DNA from: Candidatus Latescibacterota bacterium
GTDB taxonomy: Bacteria > Latescibacterota > UBA2968 > GCA-2709665
Assembly: GCA_965222075.1 (NCBI GenBank)
Contig: OZ244937.1
Location: 4,064,001-4,128,000 of the forward strand
Length of the DNA: 64,000 bases
Direction: 5' to 3'
The notes below the pieces were generated by a model. That model saw nothing but the letters and a program-made list of their open reading frames with translations. It was not told where the DNA came from and made no database searches. Below, one piece after another: positions 31,042 through 42,300 of the stretch; the first letter of the stretch is position 1; each line of letters opens with the position of its first letter. The translations under genes and the position numbers were made by a program.

Positions 31042-31821
31042 TTATCTCCAGAAGACCGCCAGCCCCACCAGGCCAACCGCCCAGCAATAGTACGCAAACC
31101 GGTCCAGCCGCCCACCCCGCAGCAGCGCCAGCAGCCAGCGGATGGCAACCACGCCCGCCCCGTAGGCGGCCAGCATGCCCACCATCAGCGGCGCCAGCGC
31201 CCCCCAGGCCGGCGGGTACGCGGCCAACTCGCCCACCTTCAGTACCGTGGCCCCCAAGATCACCGGAATCGAAAGCAGAAATGAAAATGCCGCCGCCTCC
31301 CGGCCGTCCACCCCGCGCCAGAGCCCTGTGCTGATGGTCATCCCCGACCGGGAAATTCCCGGCAGGATCGCAAATGCCTGCGCCGCGCCGATCCAGACCG
31401 CGTCCCAGACCCCGACCTCCTGCCGGTAGCCTTTTCTGAAACGGGTACTCCAGAGCACCGCGCCAGTCACCACCAGCCACCCCGAAGCGGCAGCCGGACT
31501 GGAAAAAACCGCTTCCAGAGCATCTTTGAAAAGCATTCCCACAGCCGCGGCCGGAACCGTACCGATCCCAAGCGCCAGCACCATCCGCCAGGCAGCGGCG
31601 TCCCGCTTGAAACAGCCCCGCACCAGCGCCCAGACCCGCTCCCGGAGCGCCGTCACCACCGCCAGCAGCGTCCCGAAATGGACGATCACCTCAAACGTAA
31701 TGTCTCCCGTCCGGACCCCCAGCAGCGCCTGCCCCAATACCAGGTGTCCGGAACTGCTGATCGGCAGAAACTCGGACAGCCCCTGAACCAGCCCCAGCAG
31801 CGCCGCTTGAAAAGGCGTCAC
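31042..31821 (-). CDS. uppP: Undecaprenyl-diphosphate phosphatase
   Basis: QGLSEFLPISSSGHL, PGISRSG, FSFLLSIP motifs. Confidence 0.95.
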   Translation of the reverse strand: MTPFQAALLGLVQGLSEFLPISSSGHLVLGQALLGVRTGDITFEVIVHFGTLLAVVTALRERVWALVRGCFKRDAAAWRMVLALGIGTVPAAAVGMLFKDALEAVFSSPAAASGWLVVTGAVLWSTRFRKGYRQEVGVWDAVWIGAAQAFAILPGISRSGMTISTGLWRGVDGREAAAFSFLLSIPVILGATVLKVGELAAYPPAWGALAPLMVGMLAAYGAGVVAIRWLLALLRGGRLDRFAYYCWAVGLVGLAVFWR

Positions 31822-31969
31822 CAGCCGGCCTCCTCACGCATTCGTATCACCTCAAGACTGAATATCGGCAACCCCATATTATACCATAGAACAGGTAAAA
31901 CGCCACAGGAAAATTTCTCAAGCCCGGCTCTGCGTTACCTTGATACCCCGACGCGCTTTGCCATATTCT

Positions 31970-33523
31970 TTACGGAAGATACCTTTTCCTTCGGCGATCA
32001 GTCGCCACGACGAGAGGGTCTGGCTGAAGAATCGTCGGAACAAGCCCGGGAATATCCTCATCAACAGGGAAATACGGGCGTTTGAGCTTCTTATACTGGA
32101 TGTGCCGAACCGTAGCCGGCGTCGGCCCCGGCGTATTGAGCACAAAAATCGCCTTTGCGATATTCCCGTACGCCAGTCGGTAATTCATCGGATTCTTGGC
32201 CACAATAAACCTGGCCCTGGACGCATCCAGGTGCATGGAACGAAACTGTTCATCGGCCCAGTCGTAGGTCGCGTGGCTCGCAACCAGCACCTGAACCCCG
32301 CCCACCGCCAGCACCGCCGAAGGCCCCATATTTCCCTCAACCCCATCCCAGATCCCGCCCGAATACCGGAAACGCCCGTCCCCCAGCCGCGTCACCCGTC
32401 CCGCCACCGTAACCGGCTTGCCCCACCGCGGGTCGCGTTTGTGCCCCAGCGAAACCGTTACCTCCTCTCCCACACCCGCCGCGTGACAGGCCGCCGCGGC
32501 TTCCGGGTCGACCACCGGCGCCAGAGACATCCCCTCCACATCCGCCTCAACCAGCGCCTTCAGCGTTGCTGCGCTGTCGCCCGCCGCGCCTCCCCCGCAG
32601 CAGTCGGCCGTCTCCACCAGCAGTACCGGCCCGCCTTCCACCTCCAGTCCCCTGGCAATCGCCTCGGCCGGCGTATAAACCGTCGGCTCCAGATCGAACC
32701 GCCGCGCCCAGTAGTCCTCCGCTACCTGCCGCGCAATCGACACTGCCCGGTCCATGTCATCGTCCGTAATCACCACGGCCCCGCTGCCCATATCCGGCTG
32801 GTCCAGAAATGAGTGAACCAGAAAAACGCTGGTCGACAGAACACCGCCCTTCCCCTCGTGCGACTTGGCGATCCGCATCACCTGCGCAAATGGATCGTCG
32901 CCCTCGGTTGACCCGTAAATCGCCCCGGTAATCACCGGCACCTTCGCCATCGCCATTGTCGGACGCCACCGGCCCTCAAGCATTCCCATCAGCATCCGCG
33001 CCCCTCGTTCACCCGTCGTAAACGCATCCCGGTGGGGGTACGTCTCCCAGGCGATCAGTGCATCTGCAAAACGCACCATATCCGCCGTCACGTGGGCGTG
33101 CAGGTCCAGCGTCACAACAATCGGAATCCGTGCACCCACAATCTCCCGTACCGCCCTGATCAGGTCGCCTTCCAGATCGTCCACATTCTCAACCGCCGCC
33201 GCCCCGTGCAGCGGCAGTAGCACCCCGTCCACCGGCAGCGCATCGCGCAGCCCCGCAATCAGTTCCCCCTTAAGCTGCGCATAACACGCCGATTCCACCT
33301 GACCGCCTGGACAGGTGCTTGCCCAGACCAGCGGAACCGGCTCCGCTCCGGCTTCGCGCAGCACGCGGAGCATCCCGCCCACCACCCCCGAACCGATCCG
33401 CAGAATCTCATCTCCCCGGCACAGTTCATACCGCTCAAACCAGCTCATATCAATTATCATACCCCCGAGCTGATTACACTCGGTAAACACCGATCCGATT
33501 GCAACCCGTTGCGCACACATCAC
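31970..33523 (-). CDS. M81 family metallopeptidase (MlrC-like)
   Basis: LHGA, DLHAH, YPHRD, DCCGGG motifs. Confidence 0.9.
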   Translation of the reverse strand: MMCAQRVAIGSVFTECNQLGGMIIDMSWFERYELCRGDEILRIGSGVVGGMLRVLREAGAEPVPLVWASTCPGGQVESACYAQLKGELIAGLRDALPVDGVLLPLHGAAAVENVDDLEGDLIRAVREIVGARIPIVVTLDLHAHVTADMVRFADALIAWETYPHRDAFTTGERGARMLMGMLEGRWRPTMAMAKVPVITGAIYGSTEGDDPFAQVMRIAKSHEGKGGVLSTSVFLVHSFLDQPDMGSGAVVITDDDMDRAVSIARQVAEDYWARRFDLEPTVYTPAEAIARGLEVEGGPVLLVETADCCGGGAAGDSAATLKALVEADVEGMSLAPVVDPEAAAACHAAGVGEEVTVSLGHKRDPRWGKPVTVAGRVTRLGDGRFRYSGGIWDGVEGNMGPSAVLAVGGVQVLVASHATYDWADEQFRSMHLDASRARFIVAKNPMNYRLAYGNIAKAIFVLNTPGPTPATVRHIQYKKLKRPYFPVDEDIPGLVPTILQPDPLVVATDRRRKRYLP

Positions 33524-33532
33524 AGATTCTCC

Positions 33533-33980
33533 TCAGGAGCTGCTGCTTAGAAAATAACCTTTCGGTAGATACTCAGGTCCAACTGTTCTTTGCTCTTGGC
33601 CTTTTTCTTGCACGCCCAAGAAAAAGGCCCAAAAAGAAGGGCGCCGCTCAGGCGCCGCGGGGGCTGCTTTTCCGCGAATTGTCCCTGTGGTGGAAGCGGA
33701 CGCTTCTGCCCTGCGGACCTTTGGGGCGTTTCTGGGCGAAGGCGCTGGAGGGAACCGCGCGGAAAAGCCCCTTCCCCCCGCACCGAAGCGCGGGAGGCGA
33801 GACGGGTGAGCGGGCGCATTAAAACCCATGTCGGGCCGCTTTGCGGGGCTGTCGCGTTCCCCTGGCGTCAAGCGATTTTCGAGGGCGAGACCTGCCTGCC
33901 GAGTCGGCGCAGGCAGGCGCCCTCGTTCCCAGGTTCTTTGATCCACTTGAGGGACCGCGGAATTTTGAGACGGCTTCTAA
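33533..33980. mobile_element. Non-autonomous MITE-like mosaic element, copy B (contains REP hairpin 33891-33917)
   Basis: Shares left module with A/D and right module with A; ends TTTTGAGACGGCTTCTAA. Confidence 0.75.
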
Positions 33981-34025
33981 GATAAACACTCACAGAAAAA
34001 ATGCTTGTCTTTTATGGTTGCCTAC

Positions 34026-34045
34026 TGTATATTTAAAGTAATACA
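34026..34045 (+). promoter_or_regulatory. Probable YtrA-type operator (TGTA-N12-TACA)
   Basis: TGTATATTTAAAGTAATACA immediately upstream of the YtrA-like gene. Confidence 0.55.
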
Positions 34046-34070
34046 CTAATACACATTGGAGAAATTGACA

Positions 34071-34466
34071 GTGCTCATCACAATCGATCACCACAGCGGC
34101 GTGCCGGTCTACCGGCAGCTGATGGACCAGATCAAGTTTCACATCGCGAGTGGATTGCTGAAACCGGGAGAAAAATTGCCCACCACACGCACCCTCTCCG
34201 CGCAGCTGGGCCTCAACCCGATGACCATCAGCAAAGCGTACAGCTTTCTGGAGGTTGAGGGTATCGTGGAACGGCGTCGCGGACTTCCTTTAACCGTGAA
34301 GTCCCTGAGACCTGAAGAAATTCAGGTTCAAAAACTGGACCGATTCCGGCAGAGCCTGACGTCCATCATCACCATAGCCAGACAGCTCGGAATCGACAAA
34401 TCCCAGGCCCTGGAAATTTTCAGCCAGATGCTGGACGACGCCGGCGATCAGGAAAAGGAGGTATAG
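34071..34466 (+). CDS. GntR family regulator, YtrA subfamily
   Basis: PVYRQL..I..G.LKPGEKLP..R.LS..LGLNPMTISKAY; short C-terminus; precedes ABC genes. Confidence 0.92.
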   Translation: MLITIDHHSGVPVYRQLMDQIKFHIASGLLKPGEKLPTTRTLSAQLGLNPMTISKAYSFLEVEGIVERRRGLPLTVKSLRPEEIQVQKLDRFRQSLTSIITIARQLGIDKSQALEIFSQMLDDAGDQEKEV

Positions 34467-34467
34467 T

Positions 34468-35352
34468 ATGGAAACCGCGTTCGAAGTGAAAAACCTCACC
34501 AAACAATTCGGAGATGTGACCGCGCTGGACAGCATCAGCCTGTCCGTTCCGAAACCGGCGGTTGTCGGTCTGATCGGCAGAAACGGAAGCGGCAAAACGA
34601 CCCTGCTCCGCCACGTCATCGGCCTTTATCTGCCCACCAGCGGCGAGTGTACCACGCTTGGATGCGCCGCAGAAAAGCTGGGCCCCGGCGAACTCTCGCG
34701 CATCGGCGTCGTCCATCAGGAGAACCGGTTTCTGGAATGGATGAAAGTGGAGCAGCAACTGCGCTATGTCGCTTCGTTCTACAAACACTGGGACCGGGAA
34801 CTGGAGCAGCGCCTGCTGGAGGAACTGGAACTGGAGGAGGGCGCCCGGGTGGGCACGCTGTCTCCGGGCAACGCGCAGAAACTGGGCATTATTCTGGCGG
34901 TCTGTCATCGCCCGGACCTGTTGATTTTAGATGAGCCCGTCGGCGGCCTGGACCCGATCACGCGCGAGCAGTTTCTGAAATTCCTCCTGGAACTGCTTCA
35001 ACAGGACACCCATACGATCGTGATATCCTCCCATGTTCTGCACGACATCGAAAAAGTCGTCAACCGGGTGATCTGCCTCGACCGGGGACGAATCAAGACG
35101 GACGCCTCTCTGGATGAGCTTCAGGAACGCTTCATGGAATGGCGGGTCACCGCCACAGCCGGCAGACTTCCCATTCGTTTTGAAGAAGATTTCGTGCTCT
35201 CGCAGGAGGTGAACAGCCGCCAGGCCCGCCTGGTTGTCCAGCGGGCTTCGGACAAGCTGGAAGAATTCAAGACCAAGTACGATGTGGAGGTGGCCAGCAA
35301 CCCGCTCAACCTGGAGAAGATGTTTCCGCTCCTCCTGCAGGAGACCGAGTGA
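34468..35352 (+). CDS. ABC transporter ATP-binding protein (YtrB-like)
   Basis: GRNGSGKT, LSPGN, LILDEP, SSH motifs. Confidence 0.93.
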   Translation: METAFEVKNLTKQFGDVTALDSISLSVPKPAVVGLIGRNGSGKTTLLRHVIGLYLPTSGECTTLGCAAEKLGPGELSRIGVVHQENRFLEWMKVEQQLRYVASFYKHWDRELEQRLLEELELEEGARVGTLSPGNAQKLGIILAVCHRPDLLILDEPVGGLDPITREQFLKFLLELLQQDTHTIVISSHVLHDIEKVVNRVICLDRGRIKTDASLDELQERFMEWRVTATAGRLPIRFEEDFVLSQEVNSRQARLVVQRASDKLEEFKTKYDVEVASNPLNLEKMFPLLLQETE

Positions 35353-36680
35353 TGGGGTTTTACGCGCTATTCCGATTGCTGTGGCGCCGGGTGAGCATCC
35401 TGTACGTGCTTGGCCTGGGATTGGTTGTCTTGTGGTTTCTGTTTCTATATCTGCATGGTCCGCATGTGCATCCACACAGGCCTCCGCCACCGGAGCGTCT
35501 CAATCTGTTCACCCTGGTTTTTTCGGCGGTCGTCGGCTTTTTGATCGGGCAAAGCGTGTCCGAGCTTCAGCACACGCTGCTTTCGTGGACTCTGCCCAAC
35601 CTCCGAAGGCGACTTTTCTTTTCGTTGCTTTTTGTCGGCATTGTTACCGCGTTCATTGTAACGTGGGTTTACACGTCCCTTGACGGTCCTGCCCCATGGC
35701 TCCCGATCTTCACGTCCGTTCTCCTCTGGTACAGTATGGGACTCGCTTTGAGCACGAATCCATTTCCGGATATTACGATTCGCGACATCCGTCTGTGCGG
35801 AGTTGGGACTTTCACCCTGGCTCTGCTGGTCGCTGCCGGATTCTCAATCAATCGGATCCCTGATCTTTACAACACCCAACCCCTTCTCTCTGTCCTCCTG
35901 ACAGCGCTTGGAGCCTCGCTCTACCTGCATCGAATTCTTGGCGCCAACGCTGCCAGAGAAAATTCGCTTGTCTCCATCAAGGAAATGGTGGCCTGGAAGG
36001 GAATATCCAGGCGGAATTGGCAACATACAGGTCCGCTCACCGGCCTCTTCAACTGGATTCGAGCCGGTGAATATGAAAACTTCGGCTTCATTCGGGGAGG
36101 GTGGCCGGCCAGAGCGGTCGTAGTCTCAGGTATAGGAGTGGTTGGTGGGGCGGCCGTCGACTACCTGGTGGAGGGTCTCATGCTCGCCTTTTTTGGGCCG
36201 TACGTTATCGGTTGCTGCCTAAAAGAATGTTTGTTCCTGCAAAAAGGCTGGCTTTATCCCCTTTCCCGCAGGCAGTTGGCAAGACTTGCGTACTGGAGTA
36301 GTCTTCTATACAACGCTGTTTTTTGTGGGATCCTGTTACTGACTTTTCTTTTTTTGGAGAGCCTGATAGAGCTTGATGCAGGATACGACATTACCCGTTT
36401 TCTAACCCTGATGTTTATCTTCACCCCTGTTTTCCAGTGGCCGTGCCTGCGTTATGGACTTCATTTTCTTAATTTTCCTCTGACTCAGGCTCTTAGAGCA
36501 TTGGTGTCCTTTTCGGGCGGCGGTATAGGCGTTATGGTGTTGAGTGTGATATGGATTGAAGCGGCTCCGGATATATCCGATGTCTATGAGGTGGCCGCTT
36601 GCGCAGGTTTGATCCTTCTGTTCCAGTGCCTCTTTCGCTATAAAGTTGAGACCTATTTTAAAAGAGGCGATCTCGTCTAA
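35352..36680 (+). CDS. ABC transporter membrane subunit 1
   Basis: Multi-TM ORF coupled to ATPase, ends YFKRGDLV. Confidence 0.8.
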   Translation: MGFYALFRLLWRRVSILYVLGLGLVVLWFLFLYLHGPHVHPHRPPPPERLNLFTLVFSAVVGFLIGQSVSELQHTLLSWTLPNLRRRLFFSLLFVGIVTAFIVTWVYTSLDGPAPWLPIFTSVLLWYSMGLALSTNPFPDITIRDIRLCGVGTFTLALLVAAGFSINRIPDLYNTQPLLSVLLTALGASLYLHRILGANAARENSLVSIKEMVAWKGISRRNWQHTGPLTGLFNWIRAGEYENFGFIRGGWPARAVVVSGIGVVGGAAVDYLVEGLMLAFFGPYVIGCCLKECLFLQKGWLYPLSRRQLARLAYWSSLLYNAVFCGILLLTFLFLESLIELDAGYDITRFLTLMFIFTPVFQWPCLRYGLHFLNFPLTQALRALVSFSGGGIGVMVLSVIWIEAAPDISDVYEVAACAGLILLFQCLFRYKVETYFKRGDLV

Positions 36681-36716
36681 CCCGCGCGTAGGCGTCGTCC
36701 ATCAGGAGAACGTCTT

Positions 36717-38105
36717 ATGGGGTTCAACGCGCTATTCCGATTGATATGGCGCCAGGTGACCATCCTGCACGTGCTTAGCCTGGGATTGGCTTTCGTATTG
36801 GTTCTGCTTCTATATAAAGACGAGCCCTTCCCCGGAGCACCCAGACCAGGGCGTCTTAACTTCTTCACCCTGCTTTTTTCGGCATTGGTTGGCGATTATC
36901 TTGGACAAGGCGTGTGCGGGCTTCAGCACACGCTGTTTTCGTGGACCCTGCCCAACCTTCGAAGGCGACTTTTCTTTTCGTTGCTTTTTGTCGGCATTGT
37001 CACAGCGTTTATCGTAACCTGGGTTTACAAATGGTTCGACGGTCCTGCCCCCTGGCTCCCGATCTTCACGTCCGTTCTCCTCTGGTATAGTATGGGACTG
37101 GCTTTCGGCATGAATCAAGTTCGGGGTATTCCGAGGCCCCATATCCTTCTGTACGGAGCCCTGGCTCTACTGGTCGCTGCCGGATTCTCGATCAATCGAA
37201 TCGCCGATCTTTACGGTACCCAAACCCTTCTCTGCGTTCTCCTGACAACGCTCGGAGCTTCGCTCTACCTGCATCGAATTTTTGACATCAACGCTGCCAG
37301 AGGGAATTCGCTTGTCTCTATCAAGGAAATGATGGCCTGGAAGGGAATATCCAGGCGGAAATGGCAACATACAGGTCCGATTACCGGCCTCTTCAACTGG
37401 ATTCGAGCCGGCGAATATGAAAACTTCGGCTCCACTCGGGGAGGGTGGCCGGCCGTAGCCGTCGGACTCTCAGGTGTGGCAGTGCTTATTGTGACGGCCA
37501 TGGCATACTATAAGGGATACGAACGGGGATCTCACGAAATGGGCATTCAGTTCATTTACCATACCATTTTCGATTCTTCATCTTTTAAGAAGAACATGAC
37601 CGTGTTGGTATCCGCCTTTCCTGTCTTATGCGCCGGAGCTTATAGCATAATCGGGTCGTTGTTCCCGCAAAACAAGGGCTGGCTTTATCCGCTTTCCCGT
37701 ACCCAGCTGGCGAGACTCGCGTACTGGAGCAGCCTTCTATACAACGCTGTTTTTTGTGGGATCCTGTTACTGGCTTTTTTCTTGATACAAAGCCTGGTAG
37801 GGCTTTATGCAGGATACGACGCCCATTTCAAATCCATCCCCGATTGTATCCGTCCTGTGACTCTGATATTCATAGCCACCCCTCTCATCCAGTGGCTGCG
37901 GCTTTACGTACAATCTGCTGTTTGGCTTTTTGTATTCCTGCTCTTGTGGCTTGGCGTTGGGGTGTTGGGTGCGATATGGCTTGAAGCGGCTCCGGATATA
38001 TCCGATCTCTATGAGGTGGCCGCAGGCGCAGGTTTGATCCTTCTATCCCAGTGCCTCTTTCGCTATAAAGTCGAGACCTATTTTAGAAGAGGCGATCTCG
38101 TCTAA
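36717..38105 (+). CDS. ABC transporter membrane subunit 2 (tandem paralog)
   Basis: Long blocks near-identical to subunit 1, ends YFRRGDLV. Confidence 0.8.
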   Translation: MGFNALFRLIWRQVTILHVLSLGLAFVLVLLLYKDEPFPGAPRPGRLNFFTLLFSALVGDYLGQGVCGLQHTLFSWTLPNLRRRLFFSLLFVGIVTAFIVTWVYKWFDGPAPWLPIFTSVLLWYSMGLAFGMNQVRGIPRPHILLYGALALLVAAGFSINRIADLYGTQTLLCVLLTTLGASLYLHRIFDINAARGNSLVSIKEMMAWKGISRRKWQHTGPITGLFNWIRAGEYENFGSTRGGWPAVAVGLSGVAVLIVTAMAYYKGYERGSHEMGIQFIYHTIFDSSSFKKNMTVLVSAFPVLCAGAYSIIGSLFPQNKGWLYPLSRTQLARLAYWSSLLYNAVFCGILLLAFFLIQSLVGLYAGYDAHFKSIPDCIRPVTLIFIATPLIQWLRLYVQSAVWLFVFLLLWLGVGVLGAIWLEAAPDISDLYEVAAGAGLILLSQCLFRYKVETYFRRGDLV

Positions 38106-38115
38106 CCTGTCAAAC

Positions 38116-39255
38116 TTGACGGAGACAGCCTCGTCCAGGTCCCCGATTACCGATCACCAGAGCGACGCTGTTATGCGAATCGATCCCCGGTATATCTTCA
38201 ACTTTGTCGGACCTGAGGGGAAAAAGTACCACAGGCAGATATACTGGGAAAGGCTCTACGCCTTCTTTCCGAATCGGGATACCGTCCTTGTGGTCGCCAG
38301 AATCGTACCCCATCACAACATGCACTATGCCCTCTTCCAGGCTTTAAGGGGGAAAGGCAAGGGAATTCACCAAGCGCTGCTTCCCGAAGCATCCAGAGGA
38401 AGGGAAACGACAGATTTTATCAGCAGTGTAACGGAAATGATCCACTACCGCACCTCATCCCCTCCCGCAAAGGTCGTTGCAGACGCTCGGGAAGGGCTGG
38501 GGGAAACCTTTGAACAGGTAATGGTGGAATATGGAATGAGGAATTGGTTGGACTATGTACCGGAGCCGGGTGGGGCTTCACCAATACAGAACGCGTTTTC
38601 CCCCCCAACGGCAATCCTGGACTTGCTGGCGGGTATCACAGAAGAAGACGCCGGATGGTTCAGGCTGAGTTATAAGGTTGACGCCTTCCTCAAGGAACAG
38701 ATGCAGCACATGGAGGAAAATTCCGAAGGCAACCTCAAGAAAAACGCGCTGGTTCGCCGTCGAGACCTGGAAGACGATATATACAGACGGCTCTACAGCA
38801 ATCCCAAATACCTTGAACTTGTGAAACGGGTTATGGACGCAAAAGGAGGGTATGCCTCTCCTGTTGTCAGCCACTTTCTTTCTTTCTATTCCAGGTATTT
38901 GAACCAGAAAATGGGGGAATACGCCCGGCAGGAAAACGTGGACACCGCGTTCTTGAGGGAACGGCTGCAGGGCATACTGGGAAAAACAGAAGCGGAGTCG
39001 CTGCACATCCTGCCCGCTCACAAAATCACCGTCCTTGGCTATGTCCGAAAAGGAGAACTCTCGCCAAACGAAAAGGACCCTGAAAATACGGGGAAGAGCT
39101 ACCAGGTAGATCCCGATGTAGGGCTGCGAAAGATTGTATTAAAAGAGATCGAAGACAAGTTGTCCAGAGCGTTCATAAAGGGCTTTGTCCGATATATCTT
39201 CGGCAAAACCCATTACATCAAAAGCATCGGCTATATCGACGATCCGGAGCGCTGA
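38116..39255 (+). CDS. Hypothetical protein
   Basis: 379-aa open frame with no recognised motif; start uncertain (possibly 38173). Confidence 0.65.
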   Translation: MTETASSRSPITDHQSDAVMRIDPRYIFNFVGPEGKKYHRQIYWERLYAFFPNRDTVLVVARIVPHHNMHYALFQALRGKGKGIHQALLPEASRGRETTDFISSVTEMIHYRTSSPPAKVVADAREGLGETFEQVMVEYGMRNWLDYVPEPGGASPIQNAFSPPTAILDLLAGITEEDAGWFRLSYKVDAFLKEQMQHMEENSEGNLKKNALVRRRDLEDDIYRRLYSNPKYLELVKRVMDAKGGYASPVVSHFLSFYSRYLNQKMGEYARQENVDTAFLRERLQGILGKTEAESLHILPAHKITVLGYVRKGELSPNEKDPENTGKSYQVDPDVGLRKIVLKEIEDKLSRAFIKGFVRYIFGKTHYIKSIGYIDDPER

Positions 39256-39298
39256 ATGGTCCCTTCACGCCTCGGTGGAGAAGGAGACGACCGAAGGG
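39168..39298. repeat. 131-bp direct repeat, copy 1
   Basis: Matches 43374-43504 with about 6 mismatches by eye. Confidence 0.9.
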
Positions 39299-39351
39299 AA
39301 TTTTCTCGATCATCTTGCAGGGGCATAAAAGATCTTCCCTCCACCGAACCC

Positions 39352-42300
39352 CTATGGCAGCGCCTCAAACTCACTCCAGACCACACCTGCCTTCCCTTCC
39401 TCCAGTCCCATAGTCGGCAGAAGGAAAAAGAGGCCCTCGATCCGCTCGCGGGGAAACATCGATCGCTCCAGGTTACCTTCAAGCAGGCACCCTTCGTCGC
39501 CCACGGAGCCGCCGGTGGCGTGTACTCCCTCTTCCTTTGCGCTTAAGAACAATGCCTTCCCGCTCTTCCCCACGATTCCACCCCAGTTCCAGCGTCCGGC
39601 TGCAGACCAGTGGGGCGCCGCCAGCGCGGTAATGGACTCATGGGTCGGGTTGTAGAACGACGCGGTCCCGGGTGAGGCGGCGAACCCCGGCCAGATGTGG
39701 AAGCCCACGTCCCCATGAGCGCTGATTCCGAGTTCGTCGCGACAACTCGGGAGAATTGCGAGCACATCCGCGCCGGGGGCCAACAGGTACTCGAGTGTGA
39801 TCGACTGGCCGCGGGCATGTTCCTGCGCGATGCGACAGTGGACGCGCACCCCGCGCCATACCAGACCCTGGCGCCCCTTCCGTTCAATCACGCGGTAGCG
39901 GAACCGTTCCTTGTAAAGCGTATCCTCCAACCGGTCGTACGCGGGCGAGATACCGCCGTGCCAGGGATTCATCCAGCCCCGGGGCGCCGCATCGGGGTAC
40001 GAACTGTTGAGATACTCCCTGCCCTCCCGCTGGAGGGAGATGACGGATCCCATGAAAGAAGGCGCGACCTTCGCCGTCAAAGTTCCGTTGTCCACAACGA
40101 TCACGCGCCCTTTCTCCTGGCGCGACACCCGAACCTGGCATGCGTTCCGGGGAAGGATCAGCGCCCTTCCGGAAAAACGGTAGACCGCCTCCTCGGTCTC
40201 AAAACGCACACCGATATCCTCCGTTTCCGACCAGGCTCGCTCCGTGGGGCGAAACCCCACCTTCCGCACGACCGGATTGGACTCGCAAAGCCCCGAAACT
40301 TTGATGGAGGCAACGTCCGAGCGCAGACTGGCGGATTCTTCCAGAATGAGTTCCCCGTTGAGTTTGTATTCACCAACGTGGCTGAGGCGCAGGGTCGCTT
40401 CGGCCTTCCCGCCTGCGATCAGCAGCGGACCGGGCTCGATTCCGAATTCAATCGGTCTGTGCGTCGGCGCAGGGGACGTCTCGATCTCCGGAACGCTGCC
40501 AAACAGGGTCTGCCACCAGGCCCGGATCGTCTGCCAATTCCCATCACCTGCAAAGGCGTAAATCGGGTCCATTTGTTTCGACTCGCCCGGCTTCATACGT
40601 CCAGCCCGAAGTCGCAGACTGCCCCAGGGGTCAGGTCCCACCCTCTCGGCCCGATCCCAGAGAATTCCGGCGGCGCAGCCATCCTCTTTCTCGGCGCAGA
40701 TCCATCCCTCCGGCCACGCCTCCCCCTCTTCGGGAAGCCTGAGGTCGTCCAGTTCGCGTCCTCCCGAACCGGCGGTCTGTCGGTACACCCCCTGCTTCCG
40801 GGGCACGACAAACGACGCCCCAGGGCCTATCCTCATCCCCCAACCCTGTACCAGGGACAGGTCCAGCGGCAGGGTCGACCCGTTGATTACCGTATCCACC
40901 ATCCGGACCAGCGGGCCCTGCCCCACGGCGATCCGCCTGTCCAGCATCACGCCGGGTCGAAGCACGGACCGGGTCCGCAGACGGAGTACAACTCCGAAGG
41001 CATCCTGTTCGACCGACGCCTCGGCCTTCTCCTGAAACAGATCGTCTCCTGCAAAGGGCGGTCCGAGCTTCGGGCGATGCAGGTCCAGCCTGCGAGACCT
41101 CAGCGCCCGCAGCCTGTGGAAGATCGAGACCTGTCCGTTGCGCAAGTTGGCGCTCACCATCAGTCCGCCTCCGCAGAGCAGAGCGCCTTCCTCCCCAACA
41201 CCTCCGGACACGCCGCCCCGATCAACGGCCAGGAGGTCGAGCCGCCTGGTTTTAACCGGAATTGTCTTTCTGCCCACCACGGCGCTCGTCTCGACGTCCA
41301 GTGAAACGGGCCCGGCCTGTGGGGCCATCACGGGCGCCGGGAATTCGGCCCCACCCTTCGGATCCAGTTCCACCCTCCGCTCGCTCACATCCGCGCCTCC
41401 CGCCGGCGTCACCCGCAGTCGCGCCGTACACGGCTCGTCCAGGTTCGACCGCAGGGTCAGCAGCGCTTCCTGAGGCGCACCGGGCGTCAGGATCGAGCGA
41501 ACGGCATCTACGGAAACATCCACTGCCTGGCGTACGTCGATCCCGGCCACGAGTTCGATCCCCACGCTATCGATCACCAGGTCGGTACGCAGCACCGCCG
41601 CTTTGGGTTCGTGTGTTTTCTCTTCGATATTCGGATCGATCACGAACGTCCCCCTGAGTTCGGCGGCGTCCGTTACCTCCAGTGCTTCGCGCTTTTTGAC
41701 CTCGACACCGGGGTCGCCCGAGGCGGTGAGAGAGACGCGAACCGGATCCGGCTTCTTGTTCACAATACGCCAGCGGACCGGGTGGGGGACACCCGCAACC
41801 AGCTTCTCGTCGGACAGGCTGCACGACACCATCAGGTCGTTGTTCTCAATCTCGATGATCCCCCAGCTCTGGCGGTCGAACACCAGTCTGAGGAAATCGC
41901 CGTCCGGCGCCCGCCAGAGATACTCGTAAATCTTCACTTTCCCCCGTATCATCACATCCTCTTCCAGACTGAGTTCCCGGACGTGGGTCTCGTACCAATC
42001 GTGTCTGGCGAAAAAGACGGCGGCGAGCGGATGCCGGCGGGCGGCGGGCGTAAAATTCTCCATGTGCACGGACGAGTCTGGCCGCCACATAAACCCCATC
42101 TTCTTGTACAGGGGCACTGCCTTCAAATTCCCCGGCCACGTGGACAGATCAACCCGCTGGAACCCCGCCTCGTATGCGCGGTCCAACGCAGCCCACAGCA
42201 CGGACTTCCCGTGCTTCTTCCCGTGGTAATCCGGATGGCAGTTGAGGTGCGGAACAAACGCATGCGCCTTCTGCCCTGGCTTCGCCCGGATCGTGCAGAT

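Noticed and set aside
35352-38105. Permease pair or the 131-bp repeat as a DGR template/variable repeat
   Set aside because: Differences are not adenine-specific, the permease pair also differs by indels, and no reverse transcriptase is in the window.
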